A DNA stretch of 64,000 bases from Candidatus Woesebacteria bacterium GW2011_GWA1_39_21 (GTDB lineage Bacteria; Patescibacteriota; Microgenomatia; UBA8517): the NCBI GenBank assembly GCA_000993685.1, contig LBWP01000004.1, positions 4,055-68,054 on the forward strand, written 5' to 3'. Positions 56,494 to 64,000 of the stretch are shown in pieces. The stretch's first letter is position 1; each line of letters begins with the position of its first letter. Made by a program: the position numbers and the translations under genes. A model generated the notes under the pieces. The model was given only the letters and a program-made list of their open reading frames with translations, searched no databases and was not told the DNA's origin.

Positions 56494-58428
56494 ATGGAAA
56501 AAATTCTTAAAGGTTTAAACGACAAGCAGAAGGAAGCAGTGACGTTTACTGGTAATTCACTTCTTGTTCTTGCAGGGGCAGGAAGCGGAAAAACTAAAGT
56601 CTTAACACACCGCGCAGCTTTTATCGTTTCGCAAAAACTCGCAGAACCGCAAAATCTTCTTCTTTTAACCTTCACTAATAAAGCCGCCAGCGAGATGAAA
56701 CAGAGAATTGGTAATTTGCTTATAACCCACAACTTGCAAGCGTCCTCTCAACCGTTCGCAGGAACTTTTCATTCTTTTTGCGCAAGACTGCTTAGGATTG
56801 ACGGGCAGCGCATTGGGATCCCCCGCAATTTTATAATCTACGACGACAATGACCAAAAGGATGTTGTCGGTCAAATCATTCGAGAGCTTGATTTGCCAAA
56901 AGAGTATTACAATGCCGGATCAATTTCTTCACAAATTTCAGAAGCAAAAACAATGATGCTAACACCTCTTGAATATGCGGAGGTCGTCACGGGTAGAAAT
57001 CAAGACAAGATTTTCCAGATATATGACCTATATGAAAAAGAGTTAAAAAAAGCTGGCGCTCTTGATTTTGACGACCTGCTTTTACGTGGTGTCAAGCTTC
57101 TCGACAGTGACAAGGAAATGCTTGATAAATGGCAAAACAAACTGACAAACATTTTTGTCGACGAGTGGCAGGACACAAATAAAATTCAATACAAACTAAC
57201 AAAACTTCTCGTGGGCGACAGAAAAAATTTAACAGCTGTTGGTGATGCATCGCAAAGTGTTTACTCCTGGCGTGGGGCGGATTATAGAAATATTACCTAT
57301 CTGATGAGGGATTATCCAACAATAAAAGTTGTCAACTTGGAACAAAACTATCGCTCGACACAGACAATTCTTGATGCTGCAAATAGTGTTATCAAAAGGA
57401 ATACCTCACATCCCATTTTGTCACTTTGGACAAACAAAATGGGCGGAGACAAAATTAGGCTTTATCATGCCCGCAACGAACTTGATGAGGCTGATTTCGT
57501 CGTCCAACAGATAGATAAGTTGATTACACAAGGATACGAGTTTAAAAACATCTGCCTCTTGTACCGAACCAATGCCCAATCACGTGTTTTGGAAGAAGCG
57601 CTTCTTCACAATTCAATCCCCTATGTTCTAGTTGGCGGCGTTCGGTTCTACGAACGGAAAGAGGTCAAAGATGTCCTGGCATACTTGAGGCTTTTTGCCA
57701 ACCCAAAAGACCGGGTCTCAAGAAAGCGTCTTGAGAAACTGGGTGCTAGACGACTTGAAAAGTTTGAGGCGTTGGCGAACGAATTACAGGCTGGATCCAA
57801 AAAAGACAAAAAAATACTTGACCAACTTACAACCTTGGAAATTTTGGATGCAATTCTTCAAAAAGTAGACTACCTGTCCAAATATAAAATTGAGAGCGAA
57901 GAGAATCTGGCGCGTTTGGAGAATATCAAAGAGCTGCGATCTGTTGCTATGGAATTTCCAAACCTCTATGAATTTCTAGAAAACGTTGCGCTGATCGAAG
58001 CCGAACAGCTTGACACCGGAAAAATTCGTCGACGGACCGCTGAACAAGAGAATAAAAACGCTGTCACGCTTATGACTCTGCATGCCGCAAAAGGACTTGA
58101 GTTTAACGTCGTTTTTATTGTCGGTATGGAAGAAGGGCTTTTTCCACATTCGCGCTCCCTATTTGATTTAACTCAGCTCGAAGAAGAAAGGCGCCTTTGT
58201 TATGTTGGCATCACCAGAACTAAAGACATTTTATACCTAACCTACGCAGGAAAAAGACTTTTCTTCGGACAAAAATCGTCAAACCCACCTTCACGATTTA
58301 TTATCGACATCCCCGAGGAATTGCTGACTGATGTTGGAGATAGGCTTGGTCATAATCTCCAAAGCGACAATAATTTTAGTTTTGACGATATTGACAAAAT
58401 TGATAACGACGACGATTTAAATTTTTAA
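56494..58428 (+). CDS. pcrA: ATP-dependent DNA helicase PcrA/UvrD
   Basis: AGAGSGKT, TFTNKAA, VDEWQD, VGD..QS.Y.WRGA, NYRS, YRTNAQS, TLHAAKGLEF, EERRL.YV. Confidence 0.96.
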   Translation: MEKILKGLNDKQKEAVTFTGNSLLVLAGAGSGKTKVLTHRAAFIVSQKLAEPQNLLLLTFTNKAASEMKQRIGNLLITHNLQASSQPFAGTFHSFCARLLRIDGQRIGIPRNFIIYDDNDQKDVVGQIIRELDLPKEYYNAGSISSQISEAKTMMLTPLEYAEVVTGRNQDKIFQIYDLYEKELKKAGALDFDDLLLRGVKLLDSDKEMLDKWQNKLTNIFVDEWQDTNKIQYKLTKLLVGDRKNLTAVGDASQSVYSWRGADYRNITYLMRDYPTIKVVNLEQNYRSTQTILDAANSVIKRNTSHPILSLWTNKMGGDKIRLYHARNELDEADFVVQQIDKLITQGYEFKNICLLYRTNAQSRVLEEALLHNSIPYVLVGGVRFYERKEVKDVLAYLRLFANPKDRVSRKRLEKLGARRLEKFEALANELQAGSKKDKKILDQLTTLEILDAILQKVDYLSKYKIESEENLARLENIKELRSVAMEFPNLYEFLENVALIEAEQLDTGKIRRRTAEQENKNAVTLMTLHAAKGLEFNVVFIVGMEEGLFPHSRSLFDLTQLEEERRLCYVGITRTKDILYLTYAGKRLFFGQKSSNPPSRFIIDIPEELLTDVGDRLGHNLQSDNNFSFDDIDKIDNDDDLNF

Positions 58429-58549
58429 TCGATAGATACTCTTTCTCATCACCGTGACTTTAGTTAGCTATGTAGTTTAATAATTTTGAGTTTCAGGTTT
58501 GACCTTTGAATTATAAGTTTTGAATTCTCCTTTGTTGTATCATATAAGC

Positions 58550-59614
58550 ATGAGCTTCAGACTAGCTACAAATTCCGAAAAAGAGCAATTCGATAAAATG
58601 GCCGTTCACCCACTGCAAACCTGGGAATGGGGAGAATTCAGACGCAAAGCGGGTAACGATATTATTAGATTCGTCAACGCTCACAAAAAAAACCTTATTG
58701 ATTCCTACACTCTAATCATTCATAAACTACCTTTTGGCAAATACAAAATCGGAACACTTATCAAATGTCCACACCCAACAAGAGAACTTTTCCCTTTCCT
58801 AAAAAAAATTGCCATCGAGAATAATTTAATTTTTATCAAACTGGAACCAAACGTTATTATTGATCCAAAATTCAAAGGTCAAAATTCAAAATTACAATTA
58901 AAAAATAAAAATGAGTGGACGAGCTGGCTTCAAAATTACGGTTGCGTTAGAGGGAAAACCCTCTTTACCCCAACCTCCTTCTGGATCGACCTGACAAAAT
59001 CCGAGTCAGATCTTTTAAAATCCTTTTCATCAAAGACGCGCTATAACATCCGCCTTGCTGAAAAACACGGCGTAAAAGTGACAGAGGACAATTCTTCAGA
59101 AGCTTTTGAGAAATATTTACAACTGACTTTTGAGACAGCGCATCGGCAAGGCTTTTATGCACATACACAAAAGTATCACAAGCTAATGTGGAAATATTTA
59201 AACTTACAACCCACAACTTACAACCTACAGCCCGTTGCCCACTTATTAACTGCAAAATATGAAGGCGAGATTATAACTACATGGATTTTATTTGTCTGGA
59301 AAGATTTTCTCTACTATCCATACGGCGCATCATCTGATAAACACAAAAATGTTATGGCAAATAACTTGGTTATGTGGGAGGCAATCAAACTCGGTAAGAA
59401 AATGGGGCTCACCACTTTTGATCTTTGGGGCAGGGAAGAGGGTAAAGGTTTCACCAAATTCAAAGAAGGCTATAATCCCCAAGTTGTGGAATTTTTGGGA
59501 AGTTGGGATTTTATTGTCAACAAACCACTCTATTATTGTTACCGTATAGTGGAATATTTAAGATGGAAAATCCTAAAATTACCAGCTTGGATAAAACACA
59601 AACTATCAAAATGA
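58550..59614 (+). CDS. FemAB/FemX family peptidoglycan bridge aminoacyltransferase
   Basis: HPLQTWEWG, KTRYNIRLA, YPYGAS, FDLWG, G..KFKEG; ATG at 58550. Confidence 0.9.
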   Translation: MSFRLATNSEKEQFDKMAVHPLQTWEWGEFRRKAGNDIIRFVNAHKKNLIDSYTLIIHKLPFGKYKIGTLIKCPHPTRELFPFLKKIAIENNLIFIKLEPNVIIDPKFKGQNSKLQLKNKNEWTSWLQNYGCVRGKTLFTPTSFWIDLTKSESDLLKSFSSKTRYNIRLAEKHGVKVTEDNSSEAFEKYLQLTFETAHRQGFYAHTQKYHKLMWKYLNLQPTTYNLQPVAHLLTAKYEGEIITTWILFVWKDFLYYPYGASSDKHKNVMANNLVMWEAIKLGKKMGLTTFDLWGREEGKGFTKFKEGYNPQVVEFLGSWDFIVNKPLYYCYRIVEYLRWKILKLPAWIKHKLSK

Positions 59615-59889
59615 ACATCTATTTACTCACACTTTCTCTCGGCGTTATCCTGGGGTTTATTACAGGAAAAATGTGGTCGAATACGTTCTATAAACTCCAA
59701 AAAATGATAACCCATAAAACATTTTTGAAAAATTATCATATTCACCATAGTCTTGGTGGGTTAATTATTTCATTATTAGCTGTCATAATTTTAAATAACT
59801 GGTTGGAAACAATTATTGTTGGATTGGGCATTGGCATGTTAATTGAACATACGATTTCCAACGGATTTGTATTTCTAACAAAAAAATAG
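59611..59889 (+). CDS. Small membrane protein with HIHH motif
   Basis: ATG overlaps the upstream stop; three hydrophobic segments; YHIHHSLGG. Confidence 0.7.
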   Translation: MNIYLLTLSLGVILGFITGKMWSNTFYKLQKMITHKTFLKNYHIHHSLGGLIISLLAVIILNNWLETIIVGLGIGMLIEHTISNGFVFLTKK

Positions 59890-59890
59890 T

Positions 59891-60154
59891 ATGAAAGTTA
59901 TTGAAAAGAAAACTTGGCCGGAACTTTTTGAAAAAGTAAAAAACCATCAGAAAAATTTTGATGTCCGACTCGCCGATTTTAAATGCCAACCGGGAGATGT
60001 TTTAGTTTTAAAAGAATGGGATCCAAAGGTTGAAAGTTACACAGGAAGAGTTATCAAAAGAAAGGTGAAATTTGTTATCAATACCAAAGAATTAGAAAAG
60101 TTCTGGAAAAAATCTGAAATTAAAAAAAATGGATTTCAAGTAATGGGATTTTAA
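59891..60154 (+). CDS. ASCH/DUF3850-like protein
   Basis: KTWPE.F, K.FDVR..D, GD.L.L.EW, YTGR. Confidence 0.82.
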   Translation: MKVIEKKTWPELFEKVKNHQKNFDVRLADFKCQPGDVLVLKEWDPKVESYTGRVIKRKVKFVINTKELEKFWKKSEIKKNGFQVMGF

Positions 60155-60163
60155 ATTAAATCT

Positions 60164-60748
60164 ATGGACAACACGTTTACAGAATCTGAGATAACCCCAG
60201 AGGGTTACCTAAAGCTTAAGGTTGACAAAATTAAAGGTTCAGGCTTGGCTACTAGTATAAAGGACGAATGTCTGTCATCTGAAGAATTATTACCATCTGA
60301 CAAAAATGGATTGGTAATTGCTTCGGGAAACTCAACAGAAAAATGGCGGGGAAAAGGATGGAAGACGTTAGATATCGACCGGAGTAATTACCCCGATTTC
60401 CCAATTGACATCAGACACATGGACGAGCAAATTAAACCTGATTCTTTTGATTATATCCTCCTCGATGGGTTACCAATGAATAAAAATGGAGGGGTCGAAC
60501 TTGAGACAGTAATACAGCAAACAAGAAACGCTTTAAAAAATGGTGGAAAACTTTTTTTCCAAACTTCCATAGACGACGAGGGTTATTCTCGCCTACCAAC
60601 TGAAAATGAAATAAGTCAGACTTTAATAAAAAATGGATTTGGGTTTGAAGGTTCAAAATCTGGACCAATACAGATATTAGACCAAAACGGCACACCTGTT
60701 GAAACGTATCGTTCTGCTCAATTTTTTGCCGAAAAGCTAGTTCGATAA
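60164..60748 (+). CDS. Degenerate class I methyltransferase-fold protein
   Basis: LVIASG, TLDID, SFDYI, LKNGG.L. Confidence 0.6.
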   Translation: MDNTFTESEITPEGYLKLKVDKIKGSGLATSIKDECLSSEELLPSDKNGLVIASGNSTEKWRGKGWKTLDIDRSNYPDFPIDIRHMDEQIKPDSFDYILLDGLPMNKNGGVELETVIQQTRNALKNGGKLFFQTSIDDEGYSRLPTENEISQTLIKNGFGFEGSKSGPIQILDQNGTPVETYRSAQFFAEKLVR

Positions 60749-60801
60749 AAATCTGTTTTAAGTATGCAAAAAGTAAATTTTTATCATTCCTCCAAGGCAA
60801 C

Positions 60802-61503
60802 ATGAACTACAGCAAAATAATCAAAAAGTTAAAATCCCTCAAAAACCAGAAAAATATTGATGGGATGGCAAGATTTGGCATTAATCCTAAAAATACTCTC
60901 GGAATTTCAATTTATGATTTGAGGAAAATTGCAAAAGAGATCGGAAAGGATCCCTCCTTCGCCAAGGCTTCGATGGGCAGGCACGAACTCGCACTCAAAC
61001 TTTGGGATTCAGGAATTCATGAAGCAAAAATCTTGGCATCTTTTATCGACGAACCAGATAAAGTTACAGATGCACAGTTGGAAAAGTGGGTTTTGGATTT
61101 CGACTCGTGGGATGTGGTTGACCAAGTTTCAGAGCTTATTGCCCACACACCGTTTGTTGCTAAAAAGATTTTTGAATGGTCAGAACGGAGCGAAGAATTT
61201 GTCAAACGTTCCGCATTTTCTTTAATTGCCGAAGTTTCTTGGTGGGACAAGAAAATAACCGATAAAGAAATTGAGAAATTTTTTCCTGTTATTAAAAAGG
61301 CTGCAACCGATGAGCGAAATTTTGTAAAAAAAGCTGTTAACTGGGCACTACGGAATATCGGAAAAAGAAATAAAAAATTAAACAAGAAAGCAATTAAGGT
61401 GGCGAAAGAGATAGATAAAATTGATGACAAAACCTCCAAGTGGATTGCAAAAGATGCTTTGAGGGAGCTCACTTCCGACAAAATCCAAGCAAGAATCAAG
61501 TAA
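60802..61503 (+). CDS. DNA alkylation repair protein (AlkD-like HEAT repeat) with 10-aa insertion
   Basis: FDSWDVVD, EFVKR, DERNFVKKAVNWALR.IGK. Confidence 0.88.
   Translation: MNYSKIIKKLKSLKNQKNIDGMARFGINPKNTLGISIYDLRKIAKEIGKDPSFAKASMGRHELALKLWDSGIHEAKILASFIDEPDKVTDAQLEKWVLDFDSWDVVDQVSELIAHTPFVAKKIFEWSERSEEFVKRSAFSLIAEVSWWDKKITDKEIEKFFPVIKKAATDERNFVKKAVNWALRNIGKRNKKLNKKAIKVAKEIDKIDDKTSKWIAKDALRELTSDKIQARIK
60952..60981 (+). repeat. 30-bp palindromic element inserted in frame
   Basis: CCCTCCTTCGCCAAGGCTTCGATGGGCAGG, a GC-rich hairpin in an AT-rich gene; encodes PSFAKASMGR. Confidence 0.75.
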
Positions 61504-61518
61504 GTTATTACAAGCAAA

Positions 61519-61995
61519 CTAACTCTTACTCAACAGCTTTCTGATCTTTTCCTTGTTTTTTTCAATCAGTTCTTTCTGTTCTGGAAAAAACATCGGGGGA
61601 AGCTTTTCTAAATCAAACCAACTAAGTTTCAAATCTTTTTCTCCTGGTTCTAACTTTTGTTGACCACTTACCTCTTTCGTCTCAAACAAAAAGTAGTGTG
61701 TTGTTTTCCATTTATCTTTTTCAAAAGTCAGTCTTTCTTTCACTCCCAATTTGCAAATCAACTTCAAATTGTGAAGTCCAGTTTCCTCCACAATTTCTCT
61801 TCTTGCAGTATCTTCAACACCTTCCCCTTTTTCTTGTGCTCCTTTCGGCAACATATAATCTTCGTGATAATCCGTCCCAATCAGGGCAATCATTAGTTTC
61901 CCATTATCCTTTCTGACAACAACCCCGCCTGCAGAAGTGGCAACAGGAAAATTCGGGTCTTTTGGCTTTTCGTACCAACTTTTGTCAATTTTCAT
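61519..61995 (-). CDS. NUDIX hydrolase
   Basis: SAGGVV, LPKG...GE....TARREIVEETG; ATG at 61995 overlaps the upstream gene end. Confidence 0.9.
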   Translation of the reverse strand: MKIDKSWYEKPKDPNFPVATSAGGVVVRKDNGKLMIALIGTDYHEDYMLPKGAQEKGEGVEDTARREIVEETGLHNLKLICKLGVKERLTFEKDKWKTTHYFLFETKEVSGQQKLEPGEKDLKLSWFDLEKLPPMFFPEQKELIEKNKEKIRKLLSKS

Positions 61996-64000
61996 CAGTT
62001 TTGCAAAAAAGTTTATATTCGCAATTTTCACAAAGCATATTTCCCGAGCATTTAAACTCAGAACTTTCAATTTCTTCTCTTGCCTTAAATATCTCCTTTT
62101 TAGCTTCCTCCAACTGTTGAGCTGTTCTGACAGTGGAAATTTTTGTCTGCGTTTCAAAAAAATAAAAACTCAAGATAATATCTTCCGGTTTTTTATTAAA
62201 CGGCTTTTCCTTAATATTGGTAGCCGCAATTGCATAAAAAGCCAGCTGTCTTCCAATGTCAGCATTTTTTTCCATCTCTTTTTGCGTGGGTGGTTTTTCA
62301 GAAGTTTTATAGTCAATAAGCTCGATCTTGCCGTTTGGGAATGTATCAACCCTGTCAATTCTTCCGCCAATCTTTAACGGCCGTTCACCATCAGAAACCA
62401 ATGGAATTGTAAATGGCACTTCTGTTCCCTCAACCATATTTTTCGGGTTAAAGCTTTTTTTGTAATAACCTTTTAGATAGTTGGCTCCCCGCTGCTTATT
62501 TTTTTGTTCATGATTTTTACTTTGATATCCTTCGTCTATCCAGTTCTTCTCCAAAAGCTCCATCAAAAGTCTTTCAGACCGTTTGCCGCCCGAACCGACC
62601 AGGCGGTAAAAGTCGCGAAGGGCCGTATGAATTGATGTTCCGAAACTCTGCGCTGATGATGGGGGAGTCGGAAGTTTGTAAATATATTTTAATTTGTAGT
62701 GCAGGGGACAAATGCGAAACGTTTCGATCTGTGAATAAGAAAGGTAATCTATGTGAATTTGTTGTAAGTTACGGGTAGTCGGCTGCAGGTTGGGTAAAGT
62801 CGGCTGATAATCATTAAAACTTAATTGTTCACCTTTTTCTTCCGAAACTTCACTTTTTACCACGCCATCCCCCAATGTTTCAAAAATAAACGGTGACAAT
62901 TTTTTCTCACGTTTGCCTTCGCCGTAAAAGTTTGCTGCAGTTAAATAAAGTTTTTCTTTCGCACGGGTGACGCCAACATAAAAAAGCCGCCTTTCTTCCT
63001 CAAGGTGATAATCGCCTTTCGGCAAGGTTTCTTTAATCAGTTCATCCGGAATGGGAATTTGCTCACGTCTTTGTGTTGTTGGGAATCTCTGACTGACAAG
63101 ATTCACCAAAAAAACAATCGGAAACTCCAACCCTTTTGAGGAATGCACGGTTAAAATATTTACAGCGTTAATCTCTGTCCAATCTGAGTCTGCCGCCAGA
63201 GGAGACTCTCCTAACTCGCTTGCCAAGTCAATCCAATCAACAACCGCCCTCACACCGGCATCTTCGTGCTCGACTTCATAAGTCTTTAATTTATCAAAAA
63301 ACTTTGAAATATTTTTCGCCCGCCGTTCAGCAAGTGGGGTATCGGGGTTTAGAAGCTTTAAAATAAGACCTGTTTCGTTTAAGAAATTGTATAAAATCTG
63401 CCCGGCACTTTCTTTGTTAACAAGTCCCTGCTGATCCGAAATTACTTTGATTAATTTGTCAATTTTTTCTTTGGTCTCATCACTTAAAAAAATATCATCG
63501 ACTTTCTCGCAGGCTTCAAAAAGCGATAAGTTCTTCCACTTTGCATAGTTGGTAATTTTGATTAAATCACGGGCTTCAATTTCAAAATACTCCATGGACA
63601 GTAACCGATACATTGAAACCGAATCCTCAAAATCATATATCACTTTCAAAAAAGAAATTAAATCGACAATCTCTGGCTGCTTGAATAACCGACCAGGACC
63701 TAAAAACTGGTGTGGAATACCGTTTCGAACCAAGGCTCTGATGAACGGATCTGCGTGATTATTCGCCCGCACTAAAATTGCAAAATCTCTAAATTCGTGT
63801 CCACCGCCTTTTACAATTTCAGCTATTTTGTGGGAAACGGCTTCAGCCTCGTTTTCAACGCGGTCTTTATGAATAAGTTTAATTTCAGTATCTTTATACT
63901 TAACTTGCGAAACAAGTTTTTTGTCAATCTTTTCAATAACCTCAAGTCTGTCCGGATTATTAAATTGAATTAAGTTGTAAGCCTTATCCAAAATTTCCTG
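61985..64000 (-). CDS. 5'-truncated UvrD-like helicase fused to PD-(D/E)XK nuclease with Fe-S cysteines (AdnA/B- or AddA-like)
   Basis: AILVRAN, TVHSSKGLEF, EERRLFYVG.TRA, LSYSQI...CP, GRIDR, IDYKT, QL..Y, C-terminal CxxC...C; runs off the window end. Confidence 0.88.
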   Translation of the reverse strand, partial: QEILDKAYNLIQFNNPDRLEVIEKIDKKLVSQVKYKDTEIKLIHKDRVENEAEAVSHKIAEIVKGGGHEFRDFAILVRANNHADPFIRALVRNGIPHQFLGPGRLFKQPEIVDLISFLKVIYDFEDSVSMYRLLSMEYFEIEARDLIKITNYAKWKNLSLFEACEKVDDIFLSDETKEKIDKLIKVISDQQGLVNKESAGQILYNFLNETGLILKLLNPDTPLAERRAKNISKFFDKLKTYEVEHEDAGVRAVVDWIDLASELGESPLAADSDWTEINAVNILTVHSSKGLEFPIVFLVNLVSQRFPTTQRREQIPIPDELIKETLPKGDYHLEEERRLFYVGVTRAKEKLYLTAANFYGEGKREKKLSPFIFETLGDGVVKSEVSEEKGEQLSFNDYQPTLPNLQPTTRNLQQIHIDYLSYSQIETFRICPLHYKLKYIYKLPTPPSSAQSFGTSIHTALRDFYRLVGSGGKRSERLLMELLEKNWIDEGYQSKNHEQKNKQRGANYLKGYYKKSFNPKNMVEGTEVPFTIPLVSDGERPLKIGGRIDRVDTFPNGKIELIDYKTSEKPPTQKEMEKNADIGRQLAFYAIAATNIKEKPFNKKPEDIILSFYFFETQTKISTVRTAQQLEEAKKEIFKAREEIESSEFKCSGNMLCENCEYKLFCKTDEN

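Noticed and set aside
1-64000. Alternative genetic code (TGA=Gly, as in Gracilibacteria/Absconditabacteria)
   Set aside because: Conserved genes (dnaK, ftsK, dnaJ, murJ) end at TGA at the expected positions and have no internal TGA.

Overview
64-kb stretch of an AT-rich bacterial chromosome that uses TGA as a stop codon. The streamlined gene forms (short IF2, AlaRS, HrcA and DnaJ; no rimP or rbfA in the nusA-infB region), type IV pilus genes, sortase and GT-C glycosyltransferases suggest Patescibacteria/CPR, probably Microgenomates. This is inference from gene content only. Most of the window is housekeeping: T4P genes, RNase P RNA, miaA-hup-rny-recX-recA-mltG-yqgF-sortase-alaS, rodZ-ftsK-rnj-udg-lon-pnp-rpsO-infB-nusA, the hrcA-grpE-dnaK/dnaJ locus with two CIRCE boxes, murJ, rpsT, pilN/O, a glycosylation cluster and DNA-repair genes. 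I saw no tRNA, rRNA, CRISPR array or transposase. The most striking unexplained signal is a family of six ~120-160 bp two-hairpin elements bounded by AATAAA-like hexamers. Four of them carry one of two smaller palindromic modules nested at the same internal site, and some copies or modules sit in frame within or at the ends of proteins. Other notable items: a LexA-HTH/UDP-glucose-dehydrogenase fusion splitting dnaK from dnaJ, a multibranch RNA leader on an anchor-less RNase Y, an enlarged RNase P RNA, degenerate RNase J, DHH and Lon proteins, a 13-aa deletion in RecA, and translated 7-bp repeat tracts.
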